Shown here one piece after another: positions 54,554 to 64,000 of a DNA stretch of 64,000 nucleotides. The stretch spans positions 91,078,001 to 91,142,000 of the forward strand of contig OX597814.1 in assembly GCA_951406725.2 (NCBI GenBank). The letters are read 5' to 3'. Made by a program: the position numbers and the translations under genes. The stretch's first letter is position 1. Each line of letters starts with the position of its first letter. This DNA is from Octopus vulgaris. Lineage: Eukaryota. Under the pieces are notes generated by a model. That model was not told the origin of the DNA. It ran no database searches and saw nothing but the letters and a program-made list of their open reading frames with translations.

Positions 54554-56294
54554 TTGATCAATAATATGCGAATAAATTTAGAATCATAATAACATGTTTC
54601 AAACTAAGAATTTTATCTTTACATGTTGCTAAACAATACGTTTTTAATGAACTTCTTTCAACCCATGTAAATGGACAATGAAATAAAACTCTCAGTACAG
54701 CTGAAACATTGAACTCTTGCTAAATCAGACGATAAATGTGACTCAATCGTTCATTAGAGCGGCTTTCTGAGTTCTTACTGTACGATTTCCCCTGGTGATA
54801 TTATGTGGCTTCTTTGAACATAAAATCTGCTGCAACGTACGGCACCAGTGTTTGATGTTTATACATTTTATAGTTAACAATTGCATTTAATAATTAATTT
54901 CAATTATGAAATTAACGTGACTATGAAGATACATTCAACATTTTTTTTGTTTGTTGTTACACAGTTTTGATTAAAAGAATAAAAAAAAGTATTAATTGCA
55001 ATTTTCAAATATGTGTTAATAGCCGCGTACTGTTTAATAGATTTAAAGCAGCGTAAATAAAAATATTGAAGTTTGGTGACATTTCCCAAGATACAAAATT
55101 AGTGTCTTTATTTAAACAAAGCACAATGCGGTTCTGATTACTTTCATATTCAACAATTTTCTATATGTATTGATTTCCGTACGTTAGTTCATATACTTGC
55201 ATCAATCAATATCGTAATAAGCGTTTGTCTAAAAATGTGTTAAATTGTACGTAATGCTCTTTATGTGAGAATATTTTATAGCTATGAAAATTCTGAATAC
55301 TGAAGTTATATAACTTCTGCTTGATAATTCTTCAGAAAATTCTTATTTATATCTATGATAACAATTCTATTCTATGCTATGTCATTTCGTGCAACTTCTA
55401 GAGTTGATGTCATATACTAAACCGAACCAAGATTAATCTTTATATTCATGTGGACAGTAGAATACTATTCACAATCGTCAAGATATAAAAGCCATCCTTT
55501 CATTTATTATATCTAATCAATCTAATTTTACCTCAACACCCCTTTATATCTGGGAGTATGATAGAATAGTGGTATTAATATTTCATGCCGAGAATAAACA
55601 ATATTTTAAATTAAACAAAAGAAAGGACGAGTTCGAGAATTTTGAACTAGCTACCATAAATGTGCTCAATATCATATTTCAGATCACACACATAAAAAAA
55701 GAAAGAAAATCACATTTGCTTTCTGCGATGCAAAGCAATTTACTGATTGATTTTACTTTGCCAGGATATGTGGAAGTTTAAGAATTGTTTCTGACAGACA
55801 AAAATGTGAGAGAAATATTTAAAAATCTTTAACTGCACACTGTCTAATGAATGAAGTCGGAAAATTTGAAACCCTATCAATAAATTGTATAGCTTGATAA
55901 CCACGAGATATTCCAAGCAAATACTCATATAATATTTAAACATCGATGAAACATGTAAATATACAGAAACTTACAATTAGTTTTTATGTCTTTGAATTTA
56001 TGTAGTATACCAATTGTTGCATTTACCTTTTGCTTTCACTTCCCCCTACCCACAAGAATATCAGAACATAATTATTGCTTCACATACATTTTACAGTTAG
56101 CCTACGAACTCACATGAAATTGATTAAAATACAATTAAAAATAAAATGGACAGGGGACATCAAACTTACCGCTTTATCTGCCAAGGTTCTCTCGAGTGGA
56201 AACCGAACTTTCTTACAAAAGGAATTGTCACAATTGACACTATAACAACGGAATATAATATGGCTGATGCTGAAGTGCAGCATTATGAATACTC

Positions 56295-56428
56295 ATATTC
56301 CACCGAGGTCGACTTTGCCTTTCAACCTTTTAGGGTCGATGAAATAAGTACAAGTTACTCACTGCGGACGATGAAATCGACTATCCCCTCACCCAAATTC
56401 CAGGCCTTGTGCTTATAGTAGAAAGGCT
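56295..56428 (+). mobile_element. SINE family A, 5'-truncated
   Basis: CCGAGGTCGACTTTGCCTTTCA..GGGTCGAT..GGCCTTGTGC. Confidence 0.8.
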
Positions 56429-56925
56429 TATGAATACTCTAATATATTTTACTCAGCTTCCTAATCCCCTGCAGCAAACCTGGATTAGAAGAAAAAATGC
56501 TTTACCTCTTTTAGATATGAGTTTATTGATTGAAAAATATATAATATTTCAATGTAGACAGCTGAAATTACGTATATGCCGTAAATCAAATCCGTAATTT
56601 TAAACTGAAAAAGATAAGAATTGCGGTATGAAAAATTTCGGCCCATAACCATAAAAATTAATCAAATGTGTACACCTTATTAATGAAAAACACACACACA
56701 CAAATATATATGTGTGTGTATACGAATGTGTTTGCATGTGTGTGTTTCTGTAAGTGTCCGTGCTTGCGTCTGCGTGTGCGTGCGCGTAATTGTGTAATGT
56801 ATGTCCATAGAAAGGGAGGACATACAGCGGCATTTGGTATGGTTCACGCCATTCTGTTCTTTTCGCTTTCTTGAGAGGAGTATCTTCTTTGTGTAGATAT
56901 TTTCTCTTGATGTTGTGAAAGATAA

Positions 56926-57088
56926 GGCTTAGGAGTGGCTGTGTGGTAAGTAACTTGCATACCAACCACATTGTACCGGGTTCAGTCAAACTGCATGGCA
57001 CCTTGGGCAGGTGTCTTCTAATATAGCCTTGGGCCGACCAAAGCTTTGTGAGTGGATTTTGTAGACGGAAACTGAAAGAAGCCCATCG

Positions 57089-57120
<32 letters not shown>

Positions 57121-57345
57121 TGTGTGTATATGTTTGTGTGTCGGTGTTTGTCCCCCAACACCGCTTGACAACAGATGCTGGTGTGTTTAGATCCCCGTAA
57201 CATAGCGGTTCGGCAAAAAGAGACTGATAGAATAAGTACTAGGCTTACAACGAATAAGTCCTGGGGTCGATTTGCTCAACTAAAGGCGGTGCTCCAGCAT
57301 GGCCACAGTCAAATGACTGAAACAAGTAAAACAGTAAAAGAGAGT
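56926..57345 (+). mobile_element. SINE family B, near full length
   Basis: tRNA-like head (GTGGCTGTGTGGTAAG, GGGTTCAGTC), CCTTGGGCAGGTGTCTT, internal (TA)n, 3' GGTGCTCCAGCATGGCC and GAGTAA tail. Confidence 0.88.
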
Positions 57346-57584
57346 AAGAATAAAATAATTTGTCTAAAACTAGCAAAATCACAAGCTTTGTTTTTTCATC
57401 TCCCATATATGTTCTCTGGATTTTATAAACCTATCTATATGGAAAAATTTTCAAGATTTCTATTTCTATTTCTATAGCAAGAAATTTAACTGGACAGATG
57501 GAGTTGTAAGCTACGTATATTTCAATTAATAATTATAATTTAATTCCTTTCAGGTATTAATATAATCATGAATTGATGGAAAAA

Positions 57585-57735
57585 AGGAGTACGGGATTAT
57601 ATCGATGCCAGTGTGCATCAAATACTTCATTTATTGAATTCGACAGGATGAAAAACAAACTCGACCTCGGCAGAATTTGAAATCAGTAAATAAAGACAGA
57701 GGAAATGCCGCTAAGGTAATTTCTCCGGCGTGCCA
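57585..57735 (-). mobile_element. SINE family A fragment
   Basis: TCGACCTCGGCAGAATTTGAA and GAAATGCCGCTAAG. Confidence 0.7.
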
Positions 57736-57744
57736 ATAATAATA

Positions 57745-57797
<53 letters not shown>

Positions 57798-57801
<4 letters not shown>

Positions 57802-57876
57802 GCCCTGATGCAGTACCAACCAGGCAGTGACTCTCGTGGCTTCTCATCTTAACTGATTGGAAGAGTTATCATGTAC
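57798..57876 (+). mobile_element. Terminal fragment of the 38946-39505 element following (AAT)n
   Basis: AAATGCCCTGATGCAGTACC..TCTTAACTGATTGGAAG..TTATCATGTAC. Confidence 0.75.
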
Positions 57877-57879
57877 GCT

Positions 57880-58445
57880 GCAGGGAAAGGGGCGATTTTT
57901 ATGCAGTACTAGATGAAGAATGTGATGTAGGTATTCGCCACCTTCACACGATCCTTCAAGTACCACTTCCTCTAAGCCCATTTCTGCGTGAGACTAGCCA
58001 CCGTAATTCTCACTTCACTCTATGTCCACCTCGAGGCCCGGACCACACCAGACCCTAGCAAATAAATTGGCCCCGCCATCCATCACTCGACGAAGAAGCT
58101 CTAGGATGAGAGAGACATGCCAATCCAGGTGCCGAGGCTGCAGGTCGCCGATTTCCCAAGGTTAATCTTTGCTCCTCACCGCTGCTTCGTACTCACATAT
58201 AGTAATTCCATTCACCTCGATGTTCGAAATATCCGACACAAATAGAGTGATGTCATCGCGTAAGTAGACACAAATCTTAAAACTTAGTTCATATGGGACA
58301 TCCAAGGAAACATTCAGCTTTCGTAGCAATGACTCAAATGTCAGCACGTACAGAAAGAGCGAGAGCGGGTGTCCTTCACGAACCGTACGTGTGATGCTAA
58401 ACGATTGCTTGAGGTGATTATTTACTTTGACCATTGCCTGTACAT
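57880..58445 (-). mobile_element. Tx1/L1-clade RT fragment
   Basis: VKVNNHL..FSITRTVREGHPLSLFLYVLTFESLLRKL..YLRDDIT matches VRQGCPLSPLLY..EPLL..YADD. Confidence 0.8.
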
Positions 58446-58619
58446 TGTACCGATCCTACCTTTGAAAAGGGGGACAACAAGTGGCTGCCGCGAGTACAGC
58501 TCCCAATTATTGGTAACCTTGCTATTCTGTCGTTATATAAATGTCCAACAATTCTTTGAACAAATAGTTTAACTCCAATTCAGATCGATTTTACCAAAAA
58601 CGTGGTAAAAGTAAAATAG

Positions 58620-59475
58620 ATATCAATGGAACTCTAGAAGCAGAAAGAATGGGAAAACGTTTGGAAAGAACCAAGGGTAGCGAAGGTACTGTTACAGTAA
58701 AGATAAAATAAAACAATAAACACAGCACCTGAACAACTCTAGACACAGAACACATAACAACTGGCAACATAACCCAGTTATTCCAAAATATTAAACAACT
58801 GCAAACCAGCAGAGCACAACTAGACGCCTAAGTGTAGGCTGAAATATTTGATTGGGATACACAATGTACTGGAGGAGTAGATTCATGAGAGGCTAACGGA
58901 ACCAGAGGAAACAACTATATGGCTCACAGAAGGAAAAATCATCCTAATTCCCAAATCTTTTGAAAGTACAAACCCACAAAACTACTAACTTATAATTTAT
59001 ATCTCTGCAACATACAAAGCCTTAATTGCAAAGCTATTCAGCGAATAACTAGACATCTGCTGCAAAAGCTAATATGGTTGTAAATACCAGTTATTGATCA
59101 ATAACTCCTAACTGAAGACTGGCGAAAGAAAAATACGTGTCTAAGTTGGTCTTGGATACATTACCGTAACGCTTTTGACAGTATTCCGCACACATGGATC
59201 CTGGAAACAATAACCGTGAACAAGATAGCTCCAACAATAATAAAATATATAATACTTGTCTTGAATAATGGCAAACAGGTCTACAGCTACAGACAAATAT
59301 GGGATTATAACAACAAAAGCCATCTACGTTAGAGGAGGAACAATCTAAGAAGACTTCATGTCTACACTCCTTTTCTGTCTGACACTGACAGGCTAAACAG
59401 AACAGGTTGTTGATATAACTGTCATGCCAAAACAATCAACTGTCACGTGTCTATGGATAATATCAAGCTGTCCGA
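58620..59475 (+). mobile_element. R4/Dong RT N-terminal fragment
   Basis: WLTEGKIILIPK..NPQNY..TYK, QLLIN, WIHYRNAFDSIPHTWI, MDNIKL. Confidence 0.85.
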
Positions 59476-59789
59476 AATCCGCCTTATACAGCCGTTGCAT
59501 GCATATATCGAGTAAGAAATGCAGGTATTATATTTGTTATTTTAACTAACTTGACGATAGGAACATAGTTTATACACTAATGTAAGGAGGGAAGATAAAC
59601 AATTTTATTGAACGGATATGGGATACGACCCCATTAAAATATAATATTCAGGAGTGCCATGATTTCTGTTGGGGTTATTTTCATACAAATCAATCGAATA
59701 TGTGAAAAGTGGTTGGTGTGGGACACATGGTTGCTTGATAGCTATTATAGCACTTTATTATGATACGTTTTAAATCTTGAACTTTTATT

Positions 59790-61000
59790 TGAAAATATAT
59801 GGATTTATATTGAAATCATAATGTAGATCATCATCAAATAAAACATTATAATGTATAAATTCTATCTCTTTACTAAAGGCAATATTGGACTTGCATTTTA
59901 GTATAAATAAGCAACTTAGAAGGAAAATAAAATACAAGGAAGCACTAATGACACTTATGAAGAAAAGATTGTAATCGAAAAACACTAATCCATGCATCTG
60001 TTAATAATTTGAAGTATTTTGATGTTCCAGAATACAAAAAGGTCAATGTTCAATAACTCTTTATTGTAAATGCTGGAAAGATAAAAAAAAGTAATACATA
60101 GTAATGGCCATGCAAAATATGAAAAGACATTATTAGTAAAATAAATTTGTTTCCTTTGAAGTAGAGAAATATGTAAAACAAAAATCAAGCAGTTAGCTGC
60201 CGACATACGGATAATCAAATTTCTGCCAAGAAATGTACTCTGAACGTTTATCATGATTTCAACTACATTTTACCCAAAGTAATGTAAATTTTAGTCAACA
60301 AGTTTCCTCCAGTTTTGAAATACTAACATTCTAAGCAGTTATTTTCTCATGGCTTCGTTAGAAGCCAATTTGTTTTTTGCTGTATGGAACGAATTGCGTC
60401 AATCACAAAAGGAAAAATAAATATAGCTGCATTTTTAAAAACTGTCTTCCCGATGCATACAGCGCTGAATTGTATCTCTTAGCAACCAAATATATTAAAA
60501 GAATAACATTTCTTATCCATCAAAACAGCATAATTACTTCAAGTGTTTGCTAAATATAAGCGCCTGAACATACAAGCCGAAACTTTAGCAGTTCGGATAT
60601 TCGGAATATGCATTTATCTGCTGCATTGATTTATTCTCTACATAACTGTAGCCATCCTACATACGGCTAATATATTTTAGACCTATTATTGCGCATGCTC
60701 TCGAGATATACGTTCTGTAAAATGCAATATCATATTCATCCCATAGGGATAGGTTAACCTCACTAGCATGACAATATGAAGCGTAAAGATATGTAATATA
60801 CGTTTAATACAGACAGCATTTAATCAATGTTATTAAATGACATTTTGTGTAAATGACATTATTTATAGTCTCTCATTATCGATTTATTCAGTAACGAATC
60901 GTGGAATTCATAGTAATGTGCAAATGCTTTAGGAATTGATTAAAAAGCGTTTTCAATTTGCTTTCATGCTCTGCAGGTTTTTCCTAATGTAAATATACCA
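59790..61000 (-). pseudogene. Probable decayed intronless rhodopsin-class GPCR
   Basis: Ordered motifs across frames: MR-TINN (ICL1), YPYG..YCIL (ECL1/TM3), KY-LAVCR (DRY-like), KCYSF (ECL2), FIFPFVI (TM5), FAWPLL (TM6), hydrophobic TM7. Confidence 0.4.
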
Positions 61001-61795
61001 TACTATTAAAATAATACAAGTGTAACCGATGCATCGTTTGTAATGAAATACGCTTCCGTGAGTTGAACGTGAGATACGTAAATAATTCTTTTTAGAATCT
61101 CTTTGCGGTTACGAAAGTTGTTTGTCTCATTTGGAAAAATAAGAAAAACTTCGTCTCTGCGCGACTTTAGATTTCAGCTAAATAACGATGCGCCCAGCCA
61201 AGCCTTTCACAAAATGTAAATGCAGAGAGCACATATAAACAATCGTCTGTACACCTTACTTGCAGACAGAAAACGTCAGGTGCATGCTTTTTGAGAAAAC
61301 AAATATTGGACTAGTAAGCATCAAATATTAAATCATTTAAACTGGTTACAAACTGATTCATTCAAACCTATTAGTGGGTGGAAGAAGTTAGTGGTCTTCT
61401 CTGAGGAGTATTATTTTAATTTTCATAAAACCTAATTACCGTAGATAACACCATGCACAACCCACTACACAGTAAACAGGTAACGTTCATTCTTTTTACG
61501 AGTAAATATTTCAGCATACGGCAAAATTTTAAAATACCAATGCTCGTAAACAGACACATGTCTACTTTTCAGTATATTAAAACACTTCAGGAACAGAAAA
61601 TTTCCTTACATGGCGTTACACAGAGAAGTAACAAAGATGATGATATTTAAATATATTTTACGCGGAGTTATTCTAATAACGCTCACAATTAAAGTATGCT
61701 AGAGTTGTATTTATAATGTTATGTTATAAAGTTATTTATGATGTTATTTAAATATATTTCCTGATTAGTATCACACGGGCAATTATTCTAAGAAT

Positions 61796-62104
61796 TTTTT
61801 TTTATTTATGCGCCCTTTTCAAGCCTAGCCAGGCCCATGGGCCCGGTTTCTGTGGCATATGTATTCCCCACGGCTGGGCGGGACGTCAGTTCATCGCAGC
61901 GTTACTCAAGAAACAGGAAGAAAGAGTGAGAGAAAGTTGGGTCGAAGGAGTGTAACAGGAGTCGCCACCAGCCCCTTCCGGAGCCTCGTGGAGCTTTAGG
62001 TGTTTTCGCTCAATAAACACACACAAAGCTCGGTCTGGGAATCGAAACCGCGATCCTCCGACCGCGAGTCCGCTGTCCTAACCACTGGGCCTTTGCGCCT
62101 CCAC
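61796..62104 (-). mobile_element. tRNA(Arg)-like SINE (OR-type), full length
   Basis: Reverse complement of 63580-63885; TSD-like TATTCTAA(G/T)AAT on both sides. Confidence 0.9.
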
Positions 62105-63151
62105 TATTCTAATAATGCTTATAATTAAATTTTACTGATGTTGTGAGTAATCTTAAATCGTCAATACAATTGTAAGAATAACTGTAAAGTACAAAAGTTT
62201 GTCATTATGCTTTGTGTTATAGGAGGAAATTGATTCAGACAGAAGAAATGCGATTAAAATTCTTAATCAAAGATCTCTATGTAATGTGCAGACAAATGGG
62301 CACTCAGTAAGTCTGAGTGTATAGGATTGATACTCTATACACTTATATTTAAACGCATCCACGTTCCTCAAACTTTCTGGTAGTGTTGCTAGATTCCAAA
62401 CAATTAAGCATTCATAACTATTTATTTATTGTAAAATTTTATTGCAGCGAATTGAAATAGTAAACTAATCAATGTCTTATCCTTTCTTAAATACTTCATA
62501 TTGGTTTCAAATTAGGAAAAACGCGAAAATATTTACGTTACGTTAATTCATTATTTAGCACATTCAGACCTCCGTTTATCAACTTGAACGTTATATCTGC
62601 ACATCAATGTGATAGCTTAAGCAAGATTTTCAGAAGCTTCGCAGAACCATGCAAGCCATTTCTTTCGAAGTTCTCATTTTTTGTTCATTCGAAATCCACC
62701 AGCATGGGGCAATAAATTTTTCAATAAAATCTATTAGACGTGTCGCTGTCAAAACTTAAAGATAAAAACAATAAACATCATACGGTATCTTGTCCGATCC
62801 TCAAACAGTTTCAATCACTAAATCTTATAATAATACTGCTTGCGTTACTTAACCCGTCGGTAACGCTTTCACGCAATTAAAGAAAAAGAGGGAGAAAGAA
62901 AATAGGAAGAGAAAAACGAGGGAGAGAGAAGCGTCCATTATGTGAGGTAATGATATAGAGGAGAGTTATGAATATAATTTTAGCAGAGGGGGGATGTTCT
63001 GATGATGAGATTAAGGAAAGGCAGAGAAAAAGAAAAAGAGAGAGAGAGATGGGGGAATAAGAGGGGTGTTGGTGGTGCTGGTGGCGATATCGCATGCACA
63101 GTGAAAAGTAACTTTTTAAAATAGTTTTTTATATCATCTATCACTTAACGA

Positions 63152-63375
63152 ATGCGCACCTCAAACTTTCCATACATTTTAGAAAGAAACAAGTTTCCCC
63201 TTCGCCTGTCATCTGCAATGACTATCAATAAACTACAAAGGCAGACATTTGATGAAGTGAGGCTATTCTTGCCTAAACCTCTGTTCGGCGATGTAGGAGT
63301 GAATTTTCTCAACAATCACAAACAAGAGAAAAGCAGAGAGAGAACTTACACGAAGAACATTACCTATACTGGTTT
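63152..63375 (+). mobile_element. Helitron PIF1-like helicase C-terminal remnant
   Basis: FPLRLSSAMTINKLQRQTFDEVRLFLPKPLF..TKNITY matches FPVRLAFAMTINKSQGQT..TKNIVY. Confidence 0.85.
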
Positions 63376-63579
63376 GAAAGGTGTGCGCAAGTTAAAGTGT
63401 ACGCAAAGTGAAATGTGTATGGGCTCGCCTGATTTGTCTTATAAGTTATTAACGATGTGCTTTTCAGAGTATGCCATGCTGCATTAAATTTTCACTTTCT
63501 TTGAAACTGTGACCCCTAAATTTTACATATAAAATTAATTATTTACTGTATTTTTTTGTTTTCTAGATATGATATTGTG

Positions 63580-63885
63580 GAGGCGCAATGACAAAGTGGT
63601 TAGGGCAGCAGACTCGCAGTCGGGGGATCGCGGTTTCGACTCCCAGACCGGACGTTGTGTGTGCTTATTGAGCGAAAACACCTAAAGATCCACGAGGCTC
63701 CGGCAGAGAGTGGTGATGACCCCTGTTGTACTCTTTCTTCCGGTTTCTTGAGTAACGCAGCGATGGACTGGCGTTCCGTCCAGATGTGGGGAACAGCTGG
63801 ACGGGAACACATACGCTATAGAAACCGGGAAACCGGGCCCATGAGCCTAGCTAGGCTTAAAAAGGGCGCATAAATAATAAAAACA
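63580..63885 (+). mobile_element. tRNA(Arg)-like SINE (OR-type), full length with 15-bp TSD
   Basis: A box, ACTCGC loop, GGTTTCGACTCCC B box, A-rich tail; AGATATGATATTGTG at 63565-63579 and 63886-63900. Confidence 0.92.
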
Positions 63886-64000
63886 AGATATGATATTGTG
63901 ACCATGTAAATTTTAAAATGTAGTTTTTTTCTGTTTATAGGGAACATTGAAAAATTAGAGTGCTGTTTATCAAATCTATGAAATTGTGCATATAAGCGCA

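Noticed and set aside
56600-57477. 173-aa and 100-aa ORFs
   Set aside because: Run through a SINE and microsatellites

Overview
AT-rich eukaryotic (animal) genomic DNA full of microsatellites and transposon debris. The SINE families resemble, from recall only, those of Octopus/coleoid cephalopods. Most ORFs in the supplied track are microsatellite artefacts. One intact coding exon is supported (19842-20315, +): a 157-aa type I membrane protein with a signal peptide, tiny glycosylated ectodomain and a tail carrying ITIM-like, YxN and C-terminal DxxLL motifs. The rest is tRNA-derived SINEs, R4/Dong, Tx1/L1, RTE and Penelope retroelement fragments, Helitron and mariner remnants, two MITEs and probable decayed GPCR pseudogenes. 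The most notable structure is at 35018-35655: a tRNA-headed SINE with a Penelope-type minimal hammerhead ribozyme and an inverted copy of its own tail at the 5' end. Other hammerhead motifs occur nearby, including two copies with a CUGUCGA core variant. All family calls come from manual motif recognition, not database searches, and many boundaries are approximate.
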